DNA from: Lytechinus pictus | Taxonomy: Eukaryota | Assembly (NCBI RefSeq): GCF_037042905.1 | Contig: NC_087252.1 | Coordinates: 1,118,001 to 1,182,000 of the forward strand | Direction of reading: 5' to 3' | Length of the DNA: 64,000 bases | Translations under genes and position numbers: made by a program | Notes under the pieces: generated by a model | What the model saw: only the letters and a program-made list of their open reading frames with translations | What the model was told of the DNA's origin: nothing | The model's database searches: none | In this document: positions 12,406 through 26,327 of the stretch, one piece after another | How positions within the stretch are numbered: the first letter of the stretch is position 1 | How the letters are laid out: each line of letters begins with the position of its first letter

Positions 12406-13993
12406 CAGCGGCGTAACAGGGGTCGGTGGCCAGGGGGGGGGGGGCAAGAGCCAAAAATTTCCCGGTCAAATGGTGTAATGAGGCGACTATTTTTAGAGGG
12501 CCAGACATTGCGTATCAGGCAGAATTTATCTTTAAAAATAAAGTTGCGAGCGAGCGAGCAAATTTTTTTTACATTTTTAATTCAAAATTCCACTTGTGTG
12601 ATAGATTTTGACATGATATCCAGAGAATAATATATTTCACTCTTCTCTCTTTCCATTCCTTTTTTTGTGGTCTGTATGCCACTGTGAACATGATTCTTTG
12701 CGGCAGTAGCGTGAAGAGTAAAAAACGAGAGGTGCAGTATGTCGCATGTGCTAAAAAGCTGCGTAATATAAGTCCCGAGCGAGCGAAGCGAGCGAGAATA
12801 AAAATCAAATTTTTATGAGAATTTAACTTTGAGGTTTTTTTTAATTATTTTTTTCAGTAAATAAAATCATATCCTACACTTTTCCTTTGCTTTACTTTCC
12901 TCCTTTTTTTCTCTTGGTTGTAGAACATTTGCCGGGACCATGGCCCAACCCTTCCATACTCATATACGGCAGTGCTATGCGGTTGGGGTCCGTCTGGAGC
13001 TCCCGGAACTTTTTGATATCAAAGCCATATTTAAACCTCGCAGATTGCCGCTATTTTTAATCAAATCGCGGGTATATAAATATAGCTTTTACACAACACA
13101 TTTATTCAACCCAGTTGAATCAAATATTTTGAGAGGGCAAAACATAGCAATATGGGAAAAAATTAAAAGTCGCCAGCGTGCAAAGCGAGCTGGAAAAATA
13201 AGCCTCTTGAAATTAAATTTTAATTATGTGATAGATATCCATTATATTCAGCAAATAACACATTTCATTGTTTCCATTCATTTCATTATACGTTGTCTCC
13301 TATAATTTCTTTTATTTCCTCTTGGGAGTGGAACCAAGACCCCCCCCCCCCCCCGCGCCTATACGCCAGTGATTGAACGTAAAGCTTTATGTAGGAAGGG
13401 TCCCTACAGGGGGGCGTTATAGAGCCATTTGAAGGTTATAGATGAAGAGCCCCTATTGCGTGGGGTCTGGGGCAAAGCCCCGGGAGCTTATTTGCATGAA
13501 TTTTAGCAAGCTTATAGCACAATGTTTTATGCAGTCCATCTTTCTTTCCGCTCTTTATTTTCTATCCTCGGCAGCCCGGTCATGTATTATTATTTTTTCT
13601 TGTCCCTTTTCTTTGTTTTCCAATATAGCTTTTGACTAATTCCATTCTACCTTCATTTCCCGCTATTGTTTGCCATTTTGTCATCTTTTAAATTATATCC
13701 AATCATGCTATTGCATTACATAGGCCTATTTCGGAATGATTTGTTCTTTCTCAAATGTCCTTTCGTTCCTTTTCCCGCTTTCCTTCCTTTTCCATTAAAA
13801 ATATTGTTTTTCTTCTTCGTTTTCTTTTCACTTTTCCATTTCATTTTCCCTTTCCTCCTTTCTTTTTCCCCTTCCTTTTCCCTTTCCCTTTCTTTCTCCC
13901 TCCTTTTTCTCCGTTTTTTTTTTCCCGGTGAAATCCGCCAGAGGGGCAACTTGCCCCCCCTGCCCCCCCCCCCCCCCGCCTATTACGCCTCTG
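12406..13993. mobile_element. Cluster of degenerate hAT-type MITE pieces
   Basis: cagcggcgta/tacgccagtg/tacgcctctg ends, poly-G/C runs, gcgagcgaagcgagc motifs. TSDs not resolved. Confidence 0.5.
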
Positions 13994-16900
13994 ACCATCT
14001 CAGAAAATGGGAAATTTTCACCCGAATAGAGGTGACGAGAAATGCACGGATACCATGGATTGATACGATACTGATAGTACAGGAGGCTGTGTACTTCCGA
14101 GTGTGTGTGTGGGGGGGGGGTACGGGTGCTGTGCGTGTGGGTGGGAGTACGTGTGTGTGTCCGATTGTGTTTGTTTGTGCTGGGGCTTTAGATGACGGGG
14201 GGGGGGGTTGAAGACAGATTAAACTTCTCACAGACCTAATTCAGTCAAATTATGCATGTTCATTATGTTTAAACAATTATCAATGATGTATTTCTTTTTA
14301 TATGAAAAATGAAAATGTTTTGTTGATTCTACTGAAATTTATGGGTTGGTTTTTTTTTGGAGAGAAATAAAACATTACTTTAAAAAGAAATCAATCAACA
14401 CTTTATGGTTCGATCTGTTCGATCTTTTGGGGGTAACAAGAATCCCAAAATAACCCCAATAATTCGTTTTAAATCGTATACTTTCTCCTCTGTTAAAACA
14501 TGTTTACACCAGGAGTTGGGTCACAGGCAAAGGCCATGCCACAGGAGCAGGGTCGCACCCCCTTTTCCCAGGCGCATACGACCAAAGATAGTATCTTTGA
14601 TTTATTACCACGCATGCTCATTCCAATCCAAGAAGGGAGATCCCCGACAAAATAAACTTCACTCGCGCGTCGTTAAGCTCCTGTAAAGGCTGTATGTAGG
14701 GCTGCAAGCCGACGGCGACGTGGACAAATCTTTTGGGTTTTCTCTTCTATTTTATGTCTAATTTGCTTTCCAGGCTCATCAGAAAAGGTAGATTCTGAAG
14801 TAATTAATTTTGGCTTCATTTTGTTAATTGACGTTTGTTTGCATGTCGCAGTGCTTCTTATAAATGCTTGAAGTTTTCGGTAGCTGTAAATTCTATGCGA
14901 AGGCCCTAGCTCCGGCCCCCCGATCCGTCCGGTACGTTGAGCCGAGCCGAGCCAGGAATCCGCTGGTGCATGATGTTATTACCGTGCTATAACATTTGTA
15001 TAATAACGCTACTCACTACAGATCTATATTATTGAATACCATGGCAAGCTCTATTTAATGTCGTCCTTAGCTGGTTCAGAGACTGTATCTACAGCTAAGT
15101 ACACATGTAGATATTTCGGCCTACTTGTGCAGAAGCTGTAAATAATTGTAAATTAATGTAATTTGTAAACGAAACAATCTAGGCCTAGTCATATTTTTGT
15201 CCCAGATTTTTGTGTATGATCAGACTTAGTCTTAGACCAAAAGCTTCAGACTCTGTTTTATTGGTTCCGCTAAACTCCGTTGGCTCCACTCACCAATTAC
15301 AGAGACCAAAGTTCTAATTCGATCTGTACAGGGACTCAATGGCCATATGTTTAACTTTATGTATTAAGTTCGGATAAACCAGGGTAGTGAAGTTGCGCGA
15401 CAGCCGAAGTAAGCCACTGTTTTTTGTCCTTTAAAGTTTATTTTTTTCCTGTTTTGGTGCATTTCAGGCCAAAGTGGAATAATAATCTTTATTTTGGTCC
15501 AGTTTTTTTAATATATTTTTATGAAATAAAGACAAAAATCGATGAGCCCCGTCGGGGGGATTTTGCATTATTTACCCCCTAATGGCGGCTGCACGATCGC
15601 GAGCCGTCTGTGAACAAGGAGAAATTTTTTTAAAATGTTTAAAAACTCCTCAAATTTGACGGCTGCCAGCTGTCTAGGCCAAATAATGAACGATGTGCGA
15701 GAAGAGCCAATTGATATAACGGGTACCGCACCCCTTCCGATATCACTGCTTCTCGCTAGCATAGCGGGAAGAGGTCTTGACTGCAGTTACAACGAGGTGA
15801 GTTCGAATCCCAAGTTAACGCAACACCAGAAATCTGAAGTGAAGAAACCGGAAGTCCCAACAATCTTTGTTATTTTAGGTAGGGGGGGGGGGTACATATG
15901 GAAGTCTTTCCTAAAAAATATGCAACGCTGTTTAATATTCAAACCTTAAACTTGAAGGAGTTGTTTAAACAGTTTAATTAAACAAGTGTTTAAAAATCTT
16001 TAAAAAACAATAAATTATGCATGGTTGTTTAAACGGTAATAAACAACTGCTTTATATACATGTAGTAAACAGCGTTGTATAAAAATCAATCAGCATTTTT
16101 ACTGTGTGTCAAAGTTCATCCAGATTGTTGACATTACAGGTGAAAATGACTTTTTTTTAATCTAAAGTTTTGATGATCACATAATTTATGCCTATTTGTG
16201 AAATCATTTGATCCAACAATTTTTATTTACAATTTCTTTGTAATCTCACTAGTTTATAAAGACACATATTGATTTTATTTTTAAATAGTGTTTGTAATGC
16301 TTGAAATTTGAATGTAGATCTATAGGCCTACAGTAAAATAAAAATTACACAGAATGTAAGTTACCTCAACTACATTTTTTTTTTAATGTTATAAGTTTTT
16401 AACTTTTTAAATGACCCCCTCATATACATATATACTGTTCTCTTCTTGTCTGATTTAAGTATTGTTCAGATTTTGGTTTATTGTTTTGTGTAGTGTATGT
16501 TTTCTTTATGCATTGGAATATATTGTACTGTATTACTATTCTGTAATAATCATCTTTACACTGTATTGTTCTTTTTATGAAGTGTGGAAATAAATGAATG
16601 AATCAATCAATCAATCATCATAACTTGGTTTATATCACTACTGAACTTTTGTTTGTAATTTGAAAGTTTAATCAAAGTTCAAACAAAAAATGCCCAACTG
16701 TTCACATTGCGATTTTCACAATTAGTTAAAACTTTAAACAATACCTAGACCTAATCAATCAGTTCATGGTAGTAAAGCATTTTTTACTTTGGTATATGAA
16801 TGTATATGAAATTATGAATTTTGAAAAATAAATTTGATCAATAGGCATTGTTGATTAGTCTTTAGCTCAGCATATAAAACTGTACTTGTAGTACCGTAAC

Positions 16901-19900
16901 GTAAAATCTCTTTGTTGACTTCATTTACATCCAAACTGTTGCTGCGCTAGCGCCATGAGCGTCTCTGCACTATGTGTGCACTCAATAGTTTAATTTAGTC
17001 TAAATTAATTATTGGAAACAAATTTTAATTTTTCACTTTTGCATTTGATTTTTAGAATTGATTTAGAAGCATATCCTTCTGTAATTATGTGCTCCAGAAC
17101 AGATTTATTTTGTGTTCTTAATTGTTGAAATACTTGTATGTGCAATTGTAGTGGGGTTGAATTGCATTTATAATGAAAAATAAGTGGGAGGGAATCAGAA
17201 AATTTGATAATGATGATAATAGGAAAATGATGATTGAAATGATAGTGATGAAGGTGATGATAATAATTAGGAAATATGGAGAAGAATGAGGTGGAGAAAA
17301 AGAAGACAGATGGGGAAGAAGAAAAGAAGAAGAGGAAAAATAAGAAATATAATTCAGCAATGAATACTCGCCATTCATATAAATCATGTAAGTCAATTAC
17401 TGGCTATTGCTAGATAACAGGTCAAGTCCACCCCAGAAAAAGGTTGATTTGAATCTAAAGAGAAAAATCAAACAAGCGTAACGCTGAAAATTTCATCGAA
17501 ATATGGTGTACAGAAAGTCATGACTTAACTCTTAATGTGTCATGAACACATTTTCGTGCAATGGTCATACAGCTATTGTTATGCCTATTGCATTTTGAGG
17601 AGTGCATTGCATGCATGAGTGATTCCATTGTTCAGTTCAGCTTATGGTCAAGAGGTTTAACATTATTGTCTCAGTAGTGATTCCCTTTTTTTGTAAATAA
17701 AACAATTGAATATAGACTCTTTGAAAAAAGATGGCACTCGCTGATTCCAGTGAATGGCACATTAAGAGTTATCTCTCTTAAAGTTATGCTTAGTTTTCAC
17801 AATATGCACAACTCAGTGATATGCAAATGAGAGATTCAATGATTTTCTTCTTATAATATTTCAATTTTTACAGATACATGTACCTTTAGGACCACCATAA
17901 CTAAATCATTAAATGTTAATTGTAAAAGAACTTAATTTCACATGTTCAGGGAGGAATAAAACACTGTTTCATAAGACGAGGAGAAAATTAGAATATTTCA
18001 TATAATGAAATACAAATGAAATAGTGAGTGGGTGACATCATCAGTCCCCTCATTTGCATATCGACCAGGATGTGCATAACTATTTTGCGAAATTAAGTAA
18101 AAATTAAAAATGTCATAACTTTCTTATTTTACTTCCGATTTTGATGAAATTCTCAGTGCTTTGCTTGTTGGATTTTTCTCTTTTTATTCAAATAAACCTT
18201 TAGTTGGGGTGAATGTCCTTTAACTGTGAATCCTGAATACTTTCAGTAAAAGTTCTCTCCCTTTCTGCGGCCCCTGCCATCCATGTAAAAAAAAACATAG
18301 GCTCTACATTGTATTTTTTGTTGCATACATGTAGTGCTAAACAAATAGTCTGTTAGTTACAAATGAGTTCTTACTGATAGCGTTGAATTGATAATACATT
18401 CCAGTTACCTGGCAACTTATTTATTTTATACCAGGTTACCTAATATATGTACAGAGGAAATAAATTGTTGAATTGCCTCTTTGCACAGTTCTCCCCATTT
18501 GTTTTCATCACACATGGTCTAATCCTAACTCATCTTTAATCGGTCCGTCTACTAAACCGTAGGTCTATTATCTTAGTCACCATATTTTCACATTGGCTTC
18601 ATTTTTTCCCCCTAGACCATGTAAGTGAAAAAAACATTACATGTCACAAATCCCTACTTTAAAGGTCAAGTCCACCCCAGAAAAATATTGATTTGAATAA
18701 TTAGAGAAAAATCAAAGTAGCATAATGCTGAAAATTTCATTAAAATCAGATTTAAAATAAGAAAAAAAAATTATGACATTTTAAAGTTTCGCTTATTTTT
18801 TCACAAAACAGTGTTATGCACAATTCAGTGTCATGCAAATGAGACAGTCGATGATGTCCCTTACTCATTATTTCTTTTGTTTTTTATTGTTTGAATTATA
18901 CAATGAATTCATTTTATACATGTACATATTTGACAATAAGGACCAAACATGTTTGGTCTTTATTTGTTTTTCTCTTTCCCCTATTTCTTACCTCAAGTGA
19001 TAAACCCCTCTCTATCTTTCTTTCTCTGATTGCTGTTATATTCTCTCATTCTAAAAACTAAGTTATTCTCAGATGACTGAACTGAGACATACTGTAAGTA
19101 TAATCAGTACACCTGATGGATTTACTTAAAGCTCAAGTCCACCCTAATCAGGTTGATTTGTGTTAGGTAATAAAACCAATATTTCTTCAATTGTTTAAAC
19201 ACCATTCCTAGCATAAACTAGCAGGTGAATGAGGTAATCTTTAAGCATTTTTCAAGAGATGGAATTTTAGTCTTTGAAGTAATTAAATTGATTTGCTTGA
19301 TGCTTACTATGTTTTCCAAATGTAATCAATAATAAAAATTTATTTATGTTTTTCTCTCCTGAAATTAATACACTGCCAATTACTGAAAGCTATTCTGTAT
19401 TTTTTTTACTATTTTCACTTTGATATATTTCTTGTATTTTTGTTGTTTACCAACAATTGACATGCATGTTATTATGTAAATTCAGATTATCAGTTAATGA
19501 AATGTCAACGTCAATGTATTATTTATTTATTTATTTCTTATACATGTAGGTCTTCTTTATACAGGGTAGCCCTTTCAATATCGAGTATTGTTCTGCCAAG
19601 GGGCCCTGTCTATACAGATAAAAACATTTAAAATGTACACAATAAATTACAAAGTAAAACCTTACATAATACATGATAATAATAAACAAAACAAAATAGT
19701 ATTATACTTCGGATATTAATCTGTACAACCCTGTACATTTCTGTCTACAGTTGTCTATATGTGAGAATTAAACGTTTCTCTCTTGTACATTTACAGCTGG
19801 TGCTCTTTGCCATATGCTTGAAGTATGGCAAACAACCGCCGTGATTTATCGGATCAATGTTTGCTGTATAATGAACTCAAGTCCTCTCCTCTCTGAGAGC

Positions 19901-20345
19901 TAATTACATACATCGGACCAATACTGAATTAACACGTTAAATCTGCCACATCATATTCCTATCTGAGCTCAGATCCACATCATCACCATAAATCGTTGCT
20001 TGATCCTGCTCAAGTTATCGCCACGTGGGATATCATGTATACTCTATGAATGTTTCAGTGGGTTTTTGACACCGCAAGAGATTTATTGAGGAACCTTTTA
20101 TTATCAGGCTTTATATACAGGACAGGGTTTGGTTCATTCAGCTGTGTTCAAAACAAAAACCAGTTATACTGTATGTGAGGTGTAGAGCCGTTCACATGTG
20201 CACAACAATTGCTGTGTGTGACATCAATAGAAGAAAGAGTTTTCTGCTATTTTAGGTAAGTGATAAAAGACTACATGTAGGGCCTATGTGGTTGTTTACA
20301 CACATAATTGATAGTGTTTTTTTTTGTTACAAAAAGAGTGCTTAA

Positions 20346-20938
20346 AGGACAAGTCCACCCCAACAAAAAGTTGATTTGAATAAAAAGAGAAAAATCCAAC
20401 AAGCATAACACTGAAAATTTCATCAAAATCGGATGTAAAATAAGAAAGTTATGACATTTTAAAGTTTCGCTTAATTTCACAAAACAGTTATATGCACATC
20501 CTGGCTGGTATGCAAATGAGGAGACTATGACGTCATCCACTCACTATTTCTTTTGTATTTTATTATATGAAATATGAAATATTCTTATATTCTCCTCATT
20601 GTCAAGTGATACAACAATTAATTCCTCACTGAACATGTGGAATCAGCATTGTTTAATACTATATGGTTCAGTCAAGTTGGTCCTTATTGTCAAATCTGTA
20701 AAAAATAAAATATTGTATAATTCAAACAATAAAAAACAAAAGAAATAGTGAGTGATGGACATCATCGACTGACTCACCTAATTGTGCATTATCACATGTT
20801 TTGTTAAAAATAAGCGAAACTTTAAAATGTCATAACTTTCTTATTTTACATCCGATTTTGATGAAATTTTCAGAACTATGCTAGTTTGAGTTTTCTTTAT
20901 TTATTCAAGTCAGCATTTTCCTGGGGTGGACTTGACCT
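20346..20938. mobile_element. TTAA-TSD MITE (Kolobok-like), near-identical to 9492-10076; older or partial copies at about 17419-18222, 18662-18950 and 19128-19160
   Basis: Same TIR, TTAA on both sides, co-linear with the 9492 copy. Confidence 0.88.
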
Positions 20939-21699
20939 TTAATTGACCACCATATATAGAGTGGCATGATGGAGCAGTCCACATACACATCTATTGCTGT
21001 TTATAAGACCCTCTTAGCTTAAGGTCTTTCACTGGCCTTACACTAACTTCCCTTTGTGTCTGCCTACTCCTTTTCTTTCATCCCCTTCTCTAACCTGATT
21101 GGTCATCACTACTCTCTAATGCCCTTTTTGTCTCCTTGTTTCTAGTATTGCTGTTGCATGTCTGTGGTCTATATTATGGTTGTTCCACTTTTTATGTTTG
21201 TCATTTTGCCTCCGACGAAGATTCTGCTAGGATCGAAAGCTTAGGCCCCTTTTGACTTTCTAATTTACTCCATTGGCTCTCTTTTATTAGATAAGCAGTT
21301 TTCAGCAGCTTCTTTTTGCTGTTTATAAGAAAGAGTTTTCTGCTAATAACCATAGGTAATTGATAATGTAATATCTGTGCATAAATCATGTTTCAAGCAA
21401 ATGACCTTGTACACTTGGACCCTGTAGGTCTTCACATTTAGGCCTTCATTTTTATTTTTTACTGTTTTTATTATTTTAAAATAATAAGAAGTAGAGTTTT
21501 TACTTAGGAGTTGAGGAAAATATGTCCTACAGAGCTGTTCACATTTCATACCCTTTCTTTTCAAGATGCCAATTTCAAATTTACCTGTATAAAGTATAGG
21601 CTAAATAGTAGGGTTATTTTTACACACTTGATTATTGATGTTTTAACTCTATTCTTAAATGTCAGCAGGTATTAAGACTGTAGAAATGTTCCCAATAAT

Positions 21700-22123
21700 G
21701 TTTTCAATAAAGCAAGTAGTAAAACTACCTATTTCTCATAATTCAATTTATTTTCAAGGACCTATTCTTTGGAATAATTTACCGCATTATATTAAAACAT
21801 GCCGAACCCTCAATTCTTTCAAACGTTATTATAAATTACGTCTTTTAAGTTTGTATTCTTAATTTGCTTGTATAACTACGCTATATATTTTGAATGTATG
21901 TGTTAATATATGTTTTCATTTATGTTATCTTTTTTGTAATATTTATTGATTTTGTCTTATAGTTGTTGGGTCAACGCTCAATAAGGCTATCTGCTCTTTT
22001 TTGTTGGCCCCTCATTCTCATAAATATGTTTTTTGTATGTTGTCACAATGTTTTACTTATGTACCTTATGTATGTTTTTCATGTTTTTATTGAGAGTGTA
22101 AATAAATTGAATTGAATTGAATT
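21700..22123 (+). mobile_element. 3' end of a CR1/L2-clade LINE
   Basis: ORF2 C-terminal motif FQGPILWNNLPHYIKTCRTLNSFKRYYK, followed by an AATAAA-(TTGAA)n tail. Confidence 0.7.
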
Positions 22124-22494
22124 AGTAGGCATGATGTACAGTGAAAAATGAAAATCTATGGCTGTTCATACATGTTATTACTCACCATAACAGTGGGAAT
22201 TGTTCAAAATACACAATATTTTAATGTTTCAAATCTATATTTCATTTTGTTACATTTTAATAGCAAATAATCGCTAGTCTTTGTGTTACCGGGCCATGAT
22301 GTACACATATGCACATTATTATGCTGCTTTTATCAGATATCCTCCCACTATTTTTTCTTTGTCTTGAACCATATGGTCCTCATTCATAAAAGATCACTCC
22401 AACAATATTTTCTAACACTTCATTGTCTTCATGCAGCTACAGATTGCATGTACAATGTAAAGCAGGCTATTGGAAAGGTGTATGATACCTTTTT

Positions 22495-23105
22495 AATAAA
22501 TAATAGTAATAATAATAATAGTGATATTTTATATAGCGCGCACACCGTCCAGAGACGCTCATGGCGCTAGGCCAGCAACAGTTCCTTTAGATAGCAAATA
22601 TTATATACACGTACATTACAAACAGCTACTTAGATATAAATAGAAATCTTGAGTCACTACAAGTATAATCCTGGAATGGAAATTCCCAGCTACATCCTGG
22701 TGGGGCCTGGTGCCCTTGTGCTTGCTGCCCCGTTCACCGACAATTTAAGGGGCAAGCCCGGTCAGCTCAGTACTCACAGGAGCTCTAGCAAATAAGGGCA
22801 CCAGCCCCCATGGGAAGCTAGTCAGACCAGCGTGTGATGACACAGAGTGTACCTTAAATGCATACAAAACAAATATTATTTCTTTAAAAATGTACATAAT
22901 TATACAGTGTATATAGATTTAGTTGTGAAGGTATTAAAGGTTGAACATATAGGTCTTAAGGTGTACTTTAAATGTTTCATGTACTTTAATGGAGCAAAGT
23001 GACTGAGGAAGTTGATTCCACAACTTGGCCGCAGCATGTGAGAAGGACCTATCCCCCCAAGAATGTCGGGTACGAGGAATCAGAAGCAAATTGTCACTTC
23101 CAGAT
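22495..23105 (-). mobile_element. 3' fragment of an L2-clade LINE
   Basis: Minus-strand PRTRHSWGDRSFSHAAAKLWNQLPQSL with an (ATT)n tail and a gcgctatataaa end. Confidence 0.65.
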
Positions 23106-24519
23106 CTTTACTGGTTTTGAAAGCACTTTAAATGATACTGTGTGACATCATTGTAGGTACAGAACCTGATTGAAACTTTGATCTGCAGGTGGCTCTTCAT
23201 ACAAGACTACCACAAGTCTCTGTAGGCTGCAAATTCAGACCCTGTTAAACTTAAGTTAAGGGTTTGCACAGCAGATTTTAAAAGTACTCTCTCATAGACT
23301 GTCCATAAATACACAAATTTAAAAATGCCATTAGCTTTCAGCATTATCTTTTTTTTTTATTCAAATCAACTTTCCCTAAGGACTGTAGCTCTGATTAGAC
23401 CTAAATAAAACTTCAATTTGCTAAACCAATGCTAGCCATTAGACGATAGATATTGAGGCCTGCTATTATATGTGTTTGTACGATAGATATTGAGGCCTGC
23501 TATTACATGTGTTTGTACATGTAATTTTTTTTTATCCCCCTCTAGTATAGCGCTATTAAGCAAATAATCACTGTTGTTGAAGGTGATGGGCAAACTATCA
23601 CTTACGAGGCAAGCTGGATGTAGCAAAGCTGAGGAAAGATAGCAAGTACATCCAGCTTGCCGAGGAAGTGATAGTTTGCCTCATCACCAGAAATCAAGAG
23701 GTGATTATATGCTTTATATTCCGCATCGAGAACCTCAATAAACAAAGAAACCGATATCAATACGTCTCTTTAAGATTTTTTTTTTTTAATCAACTTTCTG
23801 TTGAAAAAAAAATCCATTGAGACGACTATGCTTGTTTTAATGCTAGCGCTGTATGTAATCTGTGCGCAAGCATCCAAGATCTTGCTCTAACAAGATTTAT
23901 TTGGACATCACAAAGGAAGTTTACAATCACAACAAAACAATCGAGGGGCGATGCACTTTTTTGCGCATATGTACACAGCGTGCGCCCATCAAGATCTTGC
24001 ACGATCAACACTGCAGGTGATGGAGAAGGATGGACCAAAAAATTTGAGTGGCAAAATGTGCACGTACTCAAAATAATTCATAACTCGTTATGATCCAGTG
24101 GCTGAAAAGGATCAGCGAAACAAAAGAGGTTTATCACTGCAAGTGATGATTGATGGGGAAACTATACCCTTTATCACGTCTTAGTATACCGGATATAAAG
24201 TATTTTAGCCGAGTTATAACAAGTGGTGATCAGATCAGTCATATTGTAACATGCAATCAGAAGCATACATGTATAGATATGCATGGTCGCAAGTTGTAAT
24301 CAATCTTGATAGACAATCAATAACCACTTGTGATTACGGAGAATTCATATGTGATTTATCAACACTGGTGATAATGATTGATAGAGTAGGTCCATTGAAG
24401 GTTGCAGTAACTTCATGAGGGGGGGGACTCATGTATAAAGGCAGTATGTGTACCACCATGTATATAGTGTCCGTAAGAACCCCTTTTCAAGCCTTGCCAG
24501 CCGTTTCCTCTAAAGCATA

Positions 24520-24870
24520 TCGAACCAAAGATTGTGGGTTCGAGTCCACCCCGGGCGGATGACTGAAGCCAGTGCGTTGTGTGTAAACGTCTCTCCCCTG
24601 TTCCATAGATGCAGGCTATGTTACAGTGGAAAATAGTCCATCTCTTGGAAAAGACGTTATTGGAGGCCCCGTGTAGAGGAGAGTCACCACCTTTGCACGT
24701 TAAGAACCCACTGCACTATTCCTATATATATGTAAGAGTAGGGGGAAACCCCGGTGTTGTGGTATACCTGCACTCCCCCTAATCAGTTTAAGGAGAGACC
24801 TGCGGGTCACAGTGATTCAGTACGCTTTTCACCTCCCAGGCCCAGGTGACGCCAAACAAATAATAATGAT
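24520..24870 (+). mobile_element. 5'-truncated tRNA-derived SINE
   Basis: B-box-like gggttcgagtcc, GC-richer body, aaacaaataataat tail. Confidence 0.55.
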
Positions 24871-25324
24871 ATAATTTTCACCCTTTTTCATTGACCAAAC
24901 CGTTCTCCCCCATTCGTATTTAATAGCCTCTCATAAAGTCATAATAATAGGCATATGTTCTCAGAGACCCATTGTTCATGTTAACTTCCAGTTATCAAGC
25001 ATCCCCATTTGCAGAGGGACATCTGATTCATGTAGTTCTTGAAGCCCCTCATCTCATAAACAACTTCTATTCTTGAGCCAATGGTTTCAGATGGTTGGGC
25101 TACATACCCCTCCCTATACCCTGATCAAATCCAGTACCCCCCCCCCCCACCTTGGGAATAACTGCTCAAAGGGGGTATAGAGGGATTAGACCAAATTGCA
25201 TAATTAGACCAAATGGCAATTCACCATGTAGGGTATTCATGTATATATCCAAAGTTCAAAATATAGTTCTGAAATTTTTTCATAATTTGTGTCTTGTTTT
25301 CTTTTTTTTAGATTATTATTATAG

Positions 25325-25499
25325 ATGAAATACAGCACAATGGCTCTTTCAGGTCCACTCCTCCTGCTTGCTGTGTTGTTGGGTATATGTCAAGCCAAAG
25401 TCAACTTCCCGAAGGACAACAGGGTGGATGTGGAGTTTCCTCCGAAGATCACCTACAGGAAAGATGGTGTCATTTCAACTGGGCATCTTAGACCGTTTG
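25325..25499 (+). CDS. Gene B (ER-luminal JmjC/cupin_8 oxygenase with EF-hand and HDEL) exon 1: signal peptide
   Basis: MKYSTMALSGPLLLLAVLLGICQA-KVNF... A strong acceptor lies just upstream (25311), implying an upstream non-coding exon. Donor G|gtaggt, phase 1. Confidence 0.85.
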
Positions 25500-25552
25500 G
25501 TAGGTGATGATCATGGTCATTCTTGAGGTCGTGCTAAGGTGAAAATTACTCT

Positions 25553-25643
25553 GATGATGATGATGATGGTGGTGATGATGATATTGATGATGATGATGAT
25601 GGTGATGGTGATGATGATGATGGTGGTGATGGTGATGATGATG

Positions 25644-25675
<32 letters not shown>

Positions 25676-25731
25676 GATGGTGATGGTGATGATGATGGTG
25701 GTGGTGATGATGATGATGATGATGGTGATGG

Positions 25732-25766
<35 letters not shown>

Positions 25767-25835
25767 GTGGAGATGGTGGTGATGATGATGATGATGATGA
25801 TGATGGTGATGGTGATGGTGGTGGTGGTGGTGGTG
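25553..25835. repeat. (GAT/GGT)n trinucleotide repeat in intron 1 of gene B
   Basis: Direct reading. Confidence 0.97.
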
Positions 25836-26137
25836 TTAGTGGTGATTGATGGTGGATAATAGTGACTGCCCCAATGATTATGGTGATATACATGTACATG
25901 TATGTGATGATTAAAATTGTAATGCCAGAGATCATGATGATGATGATGAAACATTAAGATAATCATTATTGATGAATACTGGTCTAACAGACATAAAACA
26001 GTCTTACCAATCATTTACTTTCCATACCAATAGTAATAACCATCTACTTACTGAAATTCCACCATACACAGAATTCCCACTGACACTGACAGACATGACT
26101 CACATAAACTCCTAACTCCCTCCTTCTCTTTTTGCAG

Positions 26138-26303
26138 GATACCAAAAGAAACCTACGAGTCGTGTCAGGGAATACAGGGAGCCGCTTCCTCCTAAGAACT
26201 TCTGGGAGGACCATGTCCGTCACCGGGAGCCTTGCGTCTATAGGGGCGCTGTCACCGATTCGCCAGCAATGACAAACTGGACTGATGACTACTTGAATAA
26301 AGA
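26138..26303 (+). CDS. Gene B exon 2 (YQKKP...FWEDHVRHREPCVYRGA...WTDDYLNKE)
   Basis: tttttgcag acceptor, GA|gtaatt donor, phase 1-2. Contains the cupin_8 N-terminal motif (F...P.V..G......W...YL). Confidence 0.9.
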
Positions 26304-26327
26304 GTAATTTGGTTCAAGGAGATTTAA

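Noticed and set aside
12070..12508. NQPT-repeat ORFs
   Set aside because: Translations of a (TTGG)n/(TTGA)n tetranucleotide repeat.
25517..26014. Poly-Met, poly-Ile and Ser/Pro ORFs
   Set aside because: Translations of a (GAT/GGT)n repeat inside intron 1 of gene B.
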